This document shows positions 35,456 through 43,799 of a DNA stretch of 64,000 nucleotides, in pieces. Source of the DNA: Kineosporiaceae bacterium (lineage in GTDB: Bacteria; Actinomycetota; Actinomycetes; Actinomycetales; Kineosporiaceae); the NCBI GenBank assembly GCA_046330955.1, contig JAXLRT010000023.1:17925-81924 (forward strand), given 5' to 3'. The translations under genes were made by a program, and so were the position numbers. Positions within the stretch are counted from its first letter, which is position 1. Each line of letters starts with the position of its first letter. Below the pieces are notes generated by a model. The model had not been told where the DNA came from. It saw only the letters and a program-made list of their open reading frames with translations, and searched no databases.

Positions 35456-36243
35456 GCGGTCCTCCGGGACGAGCGGGTGGCACGGGCCGAGGCATGGGCA
35501 CCCTTGGCCGGGACGAGGCGGTGCACCAGGTACGAGGCGACCTCGCCCGGAGTGGTGCCCTTGCCGAAGATGCGGTCGACGCCGAGGTCGGTGGCGGCCC
35601 CCTCGTCGAAGCGCGGGCCACCGACCACCAGCACCGGACGGCGATCGGCCGGGTAGGCCTCGCGGAACGCGGCCGACATCTCGCGGGTGTTGTGCAGGTG
35701 GGCGTCCTTCTGGGTGACCACCTGCGAGACCAGGACGGCGTCCGCCCGGGTGGCGATGGCCCGCTCGACCAGGTCGGGCACCAGCACCTGGGCGCCGAGG
35801 TTGTGTACCTCGATCTCGCGGTAGTACTCCAGGCCCTTCTCGCCGGCGAAGCCCTTGATGTTGAGGATCGCGTCGATGCCGACGGTGTGGGCGTCGGTGC
35901 CGATGCAGGCGCCGACCACGACCAGTTTGCGGCGCAACCGGGTGCGGATCGCGGCGTTGACCTCCTTGGCGGCCAGCAGCGGGTACTCGCGCTCGGCGAC
36001 GTGGACGGCGTCCAGGTCGACCAGGTGGTTCACCCGGCCGTAGACCACGAAGAAGGTGTAGCCCTCCCCCATGGCCTTGGCGTGCACGACCAGGGCGGGG
36101 TCCATGCCCATGGCCCGGGCCAGCTGTTGGGCGGCGCCCTCGGCCTTCTTGCCCGCCGGGACGGGCAAGGTGAACGACAGCTGCACCATGCCGTCGCCGG
36201 TGGTGTCGCCATAGGGCCGGATCACCGAGCCGGACGCGGTCAT
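35452..36243 (-). CDS. kamE: Lysine 5,6-aminomutase beta subunit (B12-binding, KamE)
   Basis: IRPYGDTTGDGMVQLSFTLP is present, as is the cobalamin motif GTDAHTVG (DxHxxG). The start ATG 36243 overlaps the kamD stop (ATGA). Confidence 0.9.
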   Translation of the reverse strand: MTASGSVIRPYGDTTGDGMVQLSFTLPVPAGKKAEGAAQQLARAMGMDPALVVHAKAMGEGYTFFVVYGRVNHLVDLDAVHVAEREYPLLAAKEVNAAIRTRLRRKLVVVGACIGTDAHTVGIDAILNIKGFAGEKGLEYYREIEVHNLGAQVLVPDLVERAIATRADAVLVSQVVTQKDAHLHNTREMSAAFREAYPADRRPVLVVGGPRFDEGAATDLGVDRIFGKGTTPGEVASYLVHRLVPAKGAHASARATRSSRRTA

Positions 36244-37814
36244 CGCGAGGCTCCTTCCGCGAGCAGGTCGAGGGCGGGGTTGAGGTAGCCGGCGGCGCGT
36301 TGCTCGACGCCGTCCAGGCCCTTGCCGGCATCGGCCGGCCGGCGCATCAGCCCGAAGGTGCCGTCGCCGATGGCGTTCAGCAGCCCGTCGTCCACGATCT
36401 TCTCCAGCAGCTCGACCGCCTCGCCGAGCACGGTGCGGGCGCGGGTGGCGATGAAGCCGTCGGCCGGCGGGTGGAAGTCCTCCGTCAGGCCGGAACAGGC
36501 ATCCATCACGTAGCGCACGTTCTGCAACGCCAGGTCGCGGTCGGACAGCCACGGCGTCACCACCGCCTCGGTCATCATGCCGACCAGCAGGATGCCCTGG
36601 CCGGTCAGTGCCCCGGCGAGGTTGAAGAAGCCGTCCAGCAGGTAGCCGCGGAAGACGTCGCCGGTCATGTGCTTGGTCGGCGGCATCCACTTCAGCGGGG
36701 CGTCCGGGAACAGGGTGCGGGCCAGCAGCGCGTGGGCCAGTTCGAGCCGGAACGACTGCGGCACCGCCGGGTCGATCTCGAAGGCGTGCCCCAGGCCCAT
36801 CTGCCACGGCTCCAGGCCGGCCTCGGCGGCGAAGTACTCGTTCAGCAGCTGGCTGACGGTGACGGTGTGGGCGGCGTCGACGGCGTCCGCGGTGGTGAGG
36901 TAGTTGTCCTCGCCGGTGTTGATGATGATCCCGGCGCGGGCGTGGATCTGACGGGAGAACCGCTGGTCGACGAAGGTGCGGATCGGGTTGATGTCGCGGA
37001 ACAGGATCCCGTACATGGAGTCGTTGAGCATCATGTCGAGGCGTTCCATCCCCGCCAGCGCCGCGATCTCGGGCATGCACAGGCCCGAGGCGTAGTTGGT
37101 CAGCCGGACGTAGCGGCCGAGTTCGCGGCTCACCTCGTCCAGCGCCGCCCGCATGATGCGGAAGTTCTCCTGCGTGGCGTAGGTGCCGGCATACCCCTCG
37201 CGGGTGGCGCCCTCGGGGACGTAGTCGAGCAGGCTCTGCCCGGTGGAGCGGATCACCGCGATCACGTCGGCGCCGGCGCGGGCCGCTGCTTGGGCCTGGA
37301 CGACGTCCTCGTAGATGTCGCCGGTGGCGACGATCAGGTAGATCCAGGGACGGCGTGGCGCGTCGCCCAGCCGGGCGATCAGCTTCTCGCGCTGGGTGCG
37401 GGCGCGATCGATCCGGCGGATCCCGCCTGCGACCGCCGCGCGGGAGGTCCGGGCGGCGCGGACGACGTCCCGGCCCTCGGGCAGGCGGAAGCTGACCGAT
37501 CCGGCAGCCGCCTTCTGGGCCAGCGTGAGCAGGTCCTCGGCCTCGCCTCGGGCCAGGGCGTCCCACACCGGTAGGCAGACCCCGTGCCCCAGACCGGTCT
37601 CGGCGCGTACGGCATCGACCAGGTGGTTCACCCAGGGGATGCGTTCGGCGTCGGCGCCGGTCAGGCCGGCCAGCCGCAGCGTGGCGCGCTCGACCGAGAC
37701 CGTGGTGTGCGCCGTCGCCAGCTTCACGACGGGGCGCCCGGCGCGGCGAGCCAGGGTGCGCGCCCGACGGACCGTCGCGGGGTCGAGACTGATCACCGAG
37801 GATCGACGAGTCAT
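36240..37814 (-). CDS. kamD: Lysine 5,6-aminomutase alpha subunit (KamD)
   Basis: ...IYLIVATGDIYEDVVQAQAAARAGADVIAVIRSTGQSLLDYVPEGATREGYAGTYATQENFRIMR... The start ATG 37814 follows GGAAGGAGA. Confidence 0.9.
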   Translation of the reverse strand: MTRRSSVISLDPATVRRARTLARRAGRPVVKLATAHTTVSVERATLRLAGLTGADAERIPWVNHLVDAVRAETGLGHGVCLPVWDALARGEAEDLLTLAQKAAAGSVSFRLPEGRDVVRAARTSRAAVAGGIRRIDRARTQREKLIARLGDAPRRPWIYLIVATGDIYEDVVQAQAAARAGADVIAVIRSTGQSLLDYVPEGATREGYAGTYATQENFRIMRAALDEVSRELGRYVRLTNYASGLCMPEIAALAGMERLDMMLNDSMYGILFRDINPIRTFVDQRFSRQIHARAGIIINTGEDNYLTTADAVDAAHTVTVSQLLNEYFAAEAGLEPWQMGLGHAFEIDPAVPQSFRLELAHALLARTLFPDAPLKWMPPTKHMTGDVFRGYLLDGFFNLAGALTGQGILLVGMMTEAVVTPWLSDRDLALQNVRYVMDACSGLTEDFHPPADGFIATRARTVLGEAVELLEKIVDDGLLNAIGDGTFGLMRRPADAGKGLDGVEQRAAGYLNPALDLLAEGASR

Positions 37815-38024
37815 CGAAATTTCTCCTTCCGATTGCTCGATCGTACGGAAGAACTGCACGTTTGGGCTAGCTGCGACGAAATATCAGCACTCTGCAGCCG
37901 AATCGGATCCATTGTGGACCGCCCCTCGGCTCCGGGGCGCAGCGCCACGTCGGCGGGTCTGGCTCGGTTAGAGTTGGCCCGCCCTCCGGCACCGGTGCCG
38001 AGGCTGAATCCTCGTCCGGGAGGT

Positions 38025-38717
38025 GTGGTGGGCTACCTGATCGCCCGATGGCTGCTCGGCTCGTTCTTCCGCCTGGTCTGGCGGCCCCGGATCGTCGGGG
38101 TGGAGCACATCCCCGCCACCGGCCCGGTGATCATCGCGAGCAATCACCTGAGCTTCATCGACAGTGTGGTCATCCCACTGGTGGTGCCCCGCCGGGTGCG
38201 GTTCCTGGCCAAGGCGGAGTACTTCGAGGGCACCGGCCTGCGGGGCTGGGTGAATCGGGCGTTCTTCACCGCCGTCGACGCGGTGCCGGTCAACCGGGAC
38301 AGCCAGCGCAACGCCATGGCCTCGCTGCGCCTCGCGATGGACGTGCTCGCCCAGGGGACGGCGTTCGGTATCTATCCCGAGGGCACTCGGTCGCGCGATG
38401 GTCGGCTCTATCAGGGGCGCACCGGCGTGGGGTGGCTGGCGCTCGAGTCGGGAGCACCCGTCGTCCCGGTGGCGCTGGTCGGCACGGACGGGATCCAGCC
38501 CGTGGGGGCACGGTTCCCGCGCCGGCACCCGGTGAAGATCAGCTTCGCTCCCCCCATCGACCCCGGTCCGTGGATCGAGGCGGTCAAGACCTCCGGCGGT
38601 GGTGGCCGGGCGCGGCGCGAGATCACCGAGGCGATCATGGCCGCCATCGCCGCCATGTCCCCCCAGGAACTGGCCCACGCCTACAACGATCCCCCCGCCG
38701 AGCCCACCGAGACCTGA
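38025..38717 (+). CDS. 1-acyl-sn-glycerol-3-phosphate acyltransferase family protein (PlsC-like)
   Basis: NHLSFID (HX4D) and IYPEGTRS are present. The start is GTG 38025 or 38028, after GGGAGG. Confidence 0.88.
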   Translation: MVGYLIARWLLGSFFRLVWRPRIVGVEHIPATGPVIIASNHLSFIDSVVIPLVVPRRVRFLAKAEYFEGTGLRGWVNRAFFTAVDAVPVNRDSQRNAMASLRLAMDVLAQGTAFGIYPEGTRSRDGRLYQGRTGVGWLALESGAPVVPVALVGTDGIQPVGARFPRRHPVKISFAPPIDPGPWIEAVKTSGGGGRARREITEAIMAAIAAMSPQELAHAYNDPPAEPTET

Positions 38718-38731
38718 CCGGAACACCCCGG

Positions 38732-38839
38732 CCCAACCCGCTCATGCTCCGCAGCCGACCGGCGAAAACGCTGTCATGACGCCGAAACGCGTCAGCTGCG
38801 GAGCATGGACGGGCGGCTGCGGAGCATGAGCGGGTTGGG
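38732..38839. repeat. Perfect 26-bp inverted repeat (56-nt loop) with a nested hairpin and an internal copy of part of one arm
   Basis: The arms are CCCAACCCGCTCATGCTCCGCAGCCG (38732-38757) and its exact reverse complement (38814-38839). The inner hairpin TGACGC-N6-GCGTCA is at 38777-38794. GCTGCGGAGCATG occurs at both 38795-38807 and 38816-38828. Confidence 0.85.
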
Positions 38840-38863
38840 TGAGGTGGGTCTCAGCAGGGTGGG

Positions 38864-39949
38864 TCAGCGGGGTGGGTGGACGGCGCCGGTGTGGCTGGCC
38901 AGGCGGGACTCGAACAGTTCACGGGCGCCGGGTGAGTTGCGCAGGACGTCGAGGGCGAAGTCCGCGTGTCCGGCGGCGTAGCCGTTGCCGATCAACAGCT
39001 GGACGTCGGCCGCCAGGCCTTCCGCGCCGAGGGCGGCAGTGGCGAACGAGGTGGCCATCGAGAAGAACACCACGGTGCCCAGGTCGGCGGTGGCCAGGAT
39101 GGCGCCGTGTTCGCAGCCGGGCACGTCGACGCAGACGATCGTGATGTCGGCCGGACCGCCCGCCGCCGCGACCGCCTCCGACAGTGCCACCGGGTCACGG
39201 GCATCGGCCAGCGCCACCACATCGGCCAGCCCGACCTCGATCAGCCGATCGCGCTCGGCCGGCACCGGCACCACGCCGATGGTGCGCCCGGCCCCGGCCC
39301 GGCGGGCGGCGGCCAGGGCCAACGATCCGCTCTTGCCCGCGCCGCCGATCACGGCGACCACGGGCGGGCGGCCCTGGGCCACATAGCGAGCGACCACCCG
39401 GTGGGTCAGCGCCGGGGCGCCGCAGACGTCCATCACCGCCAGGGCCAGCTCGGCGGGCATGTCCTCCGGCAGGTGCGCCGCGATGGACCGGCCGAACAGG
39501 ATGGCGTGCCCGTCGCAGGGCACCTGCTCGCTGCGCCCGTCCCACGCCGCCAGCCCGTCACTGATGGCCAGCGGGGTCAGCGTGAGGGACACCAGGGTGG
39601 CGATCCGGTCGCCCGCGGCCAGGCCGAGTCGGCTGTCCGGGCCGGCCTCCTCGACCGTGCCGACCAGCATGCCGCCGGACCCGGTGACCGGATTGTGCAT
39701 CTTGCCGCGGGTGGCGATGATCTGGGCGACCTCGGCCCGGACGGCGTCGCCGTCGCCGCCGTGGCGGTCCCACAGCTGGCGGAAGCTGGCGGCGTCCAGG
39801 TTGAGTCGCTCGACCCGGACCCGCACCTCGTCGCGTTGCAGCTGCGGTGAGGTGTCGAGCCGCCAGGCCGCCTGAGGCAGCACCCCGGTGGGTTCGAGCA
39901 CCCGGTGCAGGCCCACCGGCGAGGATGCGACCTGAGTCCCAGACGTCAT
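38864..39949 (-). CDS. kdd: L-erythro-3,5-diaminohexanoate dehydrogenase (Kdd)
   Basis: ...IIATRGKMHNPVTGSGGMLVGTVEE...VAVIGGAGKSGSLA (Rossmann fold)... The start ATG 39949 follows GAAGGAGA. Confidence 0.85.
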   Translation of the reverse strand: MTSGTQVASSPVGLHRVLEPTGVLPQAAWRLDTSPQLQRDEVRVRVERLNLDAASFRQLWDRHGGDGDAVRAEVAQIIATRGKMHNPVTGSGGMLVGTVEEAGPDSRLGLAAGDRIATLVSLTLTPLAISDGLAAWDGRSEQVPCDGHAILFGRSIAAHLPEDMPAELALAVMDVCGAPALTHRVVARYVAQGRPPVVAVIGGAGKSGSLALAAARRAGAGRTIGVVPVPAERDRLIEVGLADVVALADARDPVALSEAVAAAGGPADITIVCVDVPGCEHGAILATADLGTVVFFSMATSFATAALGAEGLAADVQLLIGNGYAAGHADFALDVLRNSPGARELFESRLASHTGAVHPPR

Positions 39950-39980
39950 CACGTTCTCCTTCGCTGAAGCGACACTGCCT

Positions 39981-40020
39981 GAGATTCTACGGTCGGCATA
40001 TCGAAATGACGAAGAATCTC
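39981..40020. promoter_or_regulatory. Inverted repeat GAGATTCT-N24-AGAATCTC in the divergent kdd/kamA intergenic region
   Basis: Read directly from the sequence. The region is the 88-nt spacer between the two divergent start codons and is locally AT-richer. Confidence 0.4.
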
Positions 40021-40037
40021 CCGTACAGTGGGGTCGC

Positions 40038-41603
40038 ATGACTCAGATCACGACGGGCCGGCCCACTCCCGGCGCTCCGCGTTCTGCGCCCGCTGACACC
40101 TCTGCAGCCACTGTGGCGCCCACCGCCCCGGCCACCGGCAACGGCTCGCCGTACCAGCCGTACGTCTACCGGCGTGCCGAGCTGGTCGAGCCCGACTGGC
40201 GGCGGCTGCCGGGCTGGCGTGAGGTCACCGAGGAGCAGTGGCGCAGCGCTCAGTGGCAGCGCGTCAACTGCGTGAAGAACGTGCGGCAGCTGCGCGCCGT
40301 CCTGGGTGATCTCGCGGACGAGGCGTTCTACGTCGACCTCGAGCGCGACCAGGCCGAGCGGGCCACCATGTCGATGCTGGTGCCGCCGCAGATGATCAAC
40401 ACCATGGTGCCGGCCACCAGCTCGCCGATGCCGGCCGCCGGCGCCGACTTCACCGCGGCCCTGTACGCCGACCCGGTACGCCGCTACATGCTGCCGGTGT
40501 TCTCCGACCGGCACCAGACCTGGCCCTCGCACCCGTTCGCCACCCGCGACTCGCTGCACGAGCACGACATGTGGGTGGCCGAGGGGCTGACCCACCGCTA
40601 CCCCACCAAGGTGCTCGCCGAGCTGCTGCCCACCTGCCCGCAGTACTGCGGCCACTGCACCCGGATGGACCTGGTGGGCAACTCCACCCCGCAGGTCGCC
40701 AAGCTGAAGTTCGACCTCAAACCGGTCGACCGGCTCGACCGCATGATCGACTACCTGCGGTCCTCCTCGCAGGTGCGTGACGTCGTGGTCTCGGGCGGCG
40801 ACGTGGCGAACCTGCCCTGGAAGAACCTCGAGTCGTTCGTGATGCGGCTGCTCGAGATCGACACCATCCGCGACGTCCGGCTGGCCACCAAGGCCCTGAT
40901 GGGGCTGCCGCAGCACTGGCTGCAGCCCGACGTGGTCGAGGGCATGGGACGTATCGCGCGGGCCGCCCGCTCGCGAGGGGTCAACCTCGCGGTGCACACC
41001 CACGTGAACCACGCCAACTCGGTCACTCCGCTGGTCGCCGAGGCCACCATGGCCATGCTCGAGGCCGGGGTGCGCGACGTCCGCAACCAGGGCGTGCTGA
41101 TGCGTGGCATCAATGCCGAGGTGAACGACCTGCTCGACCTGTGCTTCGCGCTACAGGACGGCGCCATGATCACGCCGTACTACTTCTACATGTGCGACAT
41201 GATCCCGTTCAGCGAGCACTGGCGGGTCAGCCTCGGCCACGCCCAGGAACTGCAGCACGGGATCATGGGCTACCTGCCCGGCTTCGCCACCCCGCGGATC
41301 GTGTGCGACGTCCCCTTCGTCGGCAAGCGCTGGGTGCACCAGGCGCACTCCTACGACCCGGTGCGCGGCGTCTCGCAATGGACCAAGAACTACCGGACCT
41401 CGATCGAGGCGGACGACGAGGGCGCGCTCACCCGCACCTACCCCTACTACGACCCGGTGGACACCCTGCCCGAGCGGGGTCAGCAGTGGTGGCGCGCGAA
41501 CGCCGATCTCGCGCGGGCCGAGGCCGATGCCCTCACCCACGCGGCGGCCAGCCGGCTCGCAGCCCAGGCCCAGGCGAGCGCGGTGAGTCACACACTGGCC
41601 TGA
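40038..41603 (+). CDS. kamA: Lysine 2,3-aminomutase family radical SAM enzyme (KamA)
   Basis: The radical SAM cluster motif CPQYCGHCTRMD (CxxxCxxC), ...VVVSGGD... and the long KamA-type C-terminal region are present. Confidence 0.9.
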   Translation: MTQITTGRPTPGAPRSAPADTSAATVAPTAPATGNGSPYQPYVYRRAELVEPDWRRLPGWREVTEEQWRSAQWQRVNCVKNVRQLRAVLGDLADEAFYVDLERDQAERATMSMLVPPQMINTMVPATSSPMPAAGADFTAALYADPVRRYMLPVFSDRHQTWPSHPFATRDSLHEHDMWVAEGLTHRYPTKVLAELLPTCPQYCGHCTRMDLVGNSTPQVAKLKFDLKPVDRLDRMIDYLRSSSQVRDVVVSGGDVANLPWKNLESFVMRLLEIDTIRDVRLATKALMGLPQHWLQPDVVEGMGRIARAARSRGVNLAVHTHVNHANSVTPLVAEATMAMLEAGVRDVRNQGVLMRGINAEVNDLLDLCFALQDGAMITPYYFYMCDMIPFSEHWRVSLGHAQELQHGIMGYLPGFATPRIVCDVPFVGKRWVHQAHSYDPVRGVSQWTKNYRTSIEADDEGALTRTYPYYDPVDTLPERGQQWWRANADLARAEADALTHAAASRLAAQAQASAVSHTLA

Positions 41604-41645
41604 CCCGGCTGGCGTGGCGTCCGGACGAACCGGAATCATCGGGGC

Positions 41646-43799
41646 ATGACAGCTCAGTGGACCTTCGGCGGCGAGCCGCCGGCCCTGGCGCACACCGGCG
41701 TCGTGACCCTGGTCGAGGGCTCGACCTTCTGCATCGGGGCGAGCAACGGCGACCTGGTGCCACCCGCCGTCCACGGGTTGTTCTTCCGCGACACCCGCAT
41801 CCTGTCGCGCTGGCAGGTGCGGGTCGATGGGCACGAGCTGGAGGGCCTGAAGGTCGACCAGCCGGACCCGTTCTCGGCGGTCTACCTGTCCCGGACGCCG
41901 CCGCGCCCGGGGCGGGCCGACAGCACGTTGCTGGTGGTGCGCCGGCGCTACATCGGTGACGGCATGCGCGAGGACCTGACGCTCGAGAACCTCGCCGCCG
42001 AGGCGGTCGGCTGCACCGTGACCGTGCTGGTGGAGTCCGATTTCGCCGACCTGTTCGAGGTCAAGGAGAACCGCGTCCACCCCCTCGCCGGCCGGGTCGG
42101 GATCACGGCCACGGACTCGTTCCAGGCCGAGTATCGCTGGATGGGCCACTCCCGTGGGGTGCGGGTGAGCGCCGATCCGGTGCCCGCCTACCAGCCGGGG
42201 GTGCTCACCTTCCACGTCGTGGTGCCCGCCCGGGGCCGGTGGGAGGCCTGCCTTCAGGTACAGGCCTCGGTGGACGACGTGCCGGTGCCGGGCCGGCACC
42301 TCTGTGGCCAGCCGACCGGGTCGAGTTCGCCCGAGCAGGCACTGAGCGCCTGGCGCCGACATGCGCCGCGCTTCGACGGACATGCCGGACTGACCGCCAC
42401 GTTGCGTCGCAGTCAGGAGGATCTCGGCGTCCTGCGCATCTTCGACCGTGAGCATCCCGAGCGGGCGGCCGTCGCAGCGGGAGCGCCGTGGTTCATGTCC
42501 CTGTTCGGGCGCGACAGTCTGCTGTCGGCGTGGATGGCGCTGCCGGTCGATCGCGGCCTGGCCATCGGCACGCTGCAGACCTTGGGCGGCCTGCAGGGCA
42601 AGGTGGACAACCCGCTCACCGAGGAGCAGCCCGGGCGGATCATGCACGAGCGCCGGGCGGGCCTGGCCACCGAGCTGATGCTGGGCGGCGGCGACGTCTA
42701 CTACGGCAGCGCCGATGCCACGCCCTTGTTCGTCATGCTGCTCGAGCAGGCGTGGCGCTGGGGCGCGCGCACCGAGGAGGTCACGGCCCTGCTGCCGTTC
42801 GCCGACCGGGCCCTGGACTGGGTGATCGGGGACGGCGACCGCGACGGTGACGGGTTCGTCGAGTACCGCCGGGCCACCGACCGCGGCCTGGCCAACCAGG
42901 GCTGGAAGGACTCCTGGGACGGGATCAACTTCGCCGGCGGCCGGATCGCCGAGCCCCCGATCGCGTTGTGCGAGGTGCAGGGCTACGCCTATGCCGCGTT
43001 CCGGGCGCGGGCGGCGCTGGCGGCCGATTTCGGGGACGAGCAGGGCGCCCACCGCTGGTCCGAGCGGGCGCGCTCGCTGAAGGCCGCCTTCCACGAGGCG
43101 TTCTGGCTGCCCGAGCAGGGCTACTACGCCATCGCCCTGGACGGCGACAAGCAGCCGGTGGACGCGTTGGCGTCCAACATGGGGCACTGCCTGTGGACCG
43201 GCATCGTGGACGACGAGCACGCCGCCCAGGTGGTCGAGCACCTGCTCTCCCCCGCGATGTTCACCGGGTGGGGCGTGCGGACCCTGGCCTCGACCATGGG
43301 GGCCTACAACCCGATGTCGTACCACAACGGGTCGGTCTGGCCGCACGACACCGCCATCGTGCTGGCGGGCATGGTGCGGTACGGCTTCCTGGAGCAGGCG
43401 CAGCAGGTCGCCACGGGTCTGATGGACGCTGCCGAGGCCTTCGGCGGTCGGTTGCCCGAACTGTTCTGCGGTTTCGACCGGTCCGAGTTCAGCGGCCCGG
43501 TGCCCTATCCGACCTCGTGTTCACCGCAGGCCTGGGCGGCGGCCACCCCGTTGCTGCTGCTGCGCAGCCTGTTGCAGCTCGAGCCCGATGTGCCGGCGGG
43601 ACGGATCACGATCGCCCCGCAGCTGCCGCCCGGCATGCTGCCGATCACCATCGAGCAGCTGTCGGTCGCCGACGGCCAGCTGTCGCTGACCGTCGACGCG
43701 ACCGGCAGGTGCTCCGTGACCCGCAGCCCGGATCACCTCATCGTGCAGCTGGCCGGGACAGCTCCCCCGCAGCCGGACCCGACGCCGTCCAGCCGTTGA
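41646..43799 (+). CDS. Amylo-alpha-1,6-glucosidase / glycogen debranching enzyme-like protein (GDE_N + GDE_C)
   Basis: FFRDTRILSRW, GAPWFMSLFGRDSL, NQGWKDSWDG, EVQGYAY and YHNGSVWPHDT are present. Confidence 0.88.
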   Translation: MTAQWTFGGEPPALAHTGVVTLVEGSTFCIGASNGDLVPPAVHGLFFRDTRILSRWQVRVDGHELEGLKVDQPDPFSAVYLSRTPPRPGRADSTLLVVRRRYIGDGMREDLTLENLAAEAVGCTVTVLVESDFADLFEVKENRVHPLAGRVGITATDSFQAEYRWMGHSRGVRVSADPVPAYQPGVLTFHVVVPARGRWEACLQVQASVDDVPVPGRHLCGQPTGSSSPEQALSAWRRHAPRFDGHAGLTATLRRSQEDLGVLRIFDREHPERAAVAAGAPWFMSLFGRDSLLSAWMALPVDRGLAIGTLQTLGGLQGKVDNPLTEEQPGRIMHERRAGLATELMLGGGDVYYGSADATPLFVMLLEQAWRWGARTEEVTALLPFADRALDWVIGDGDRDGDGFVEYRRATDRGLANQGWKDSWDGINFAGGRIAEPPIALCEVQGYAYAAFRARAALAADFGDEQGAHRWSERARSLKAAFHEAFWLPEQGYYAIALDGDKQPVDALASNMGHCLWTGIVDDEHAAQVVEHLLSPAMFTGWGVRTLASTMGAYNPMSYHNGSVWPHDTAIVLAGMVRYGFLEQAQQVATGLMDAAEAFGGRLPELFCGFDRSEFSGPVPYPTSCSPQAWAAATPLLLLRSLLQLEPDVPAGRITIAPQLPPGMLPITIEQLSVADGQLSLTVDATGRCSVTRSPDHLIVQLAGTAPPQPDPTPSSR

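Noticed and set aside
37815-38024. Cobalamin or lysine riboswitch in the kamD leader.
   Set aside because: No B12 box or L-box core was recognisable by eye. It is kept only as an open question in the findings, not as a feature.
38025-38717. The PlsC-like acyltransferase acting as a beta-lysine acetyl/acyl-transferase (an ablB analogue) of the lysine cluster.
   Set aside because: AblB is a GNAT enzyme. This protein has the HX4D glycerolipid acyltransferase motifs and is transcribed on the opposite strand, so a functional link is unsupported.
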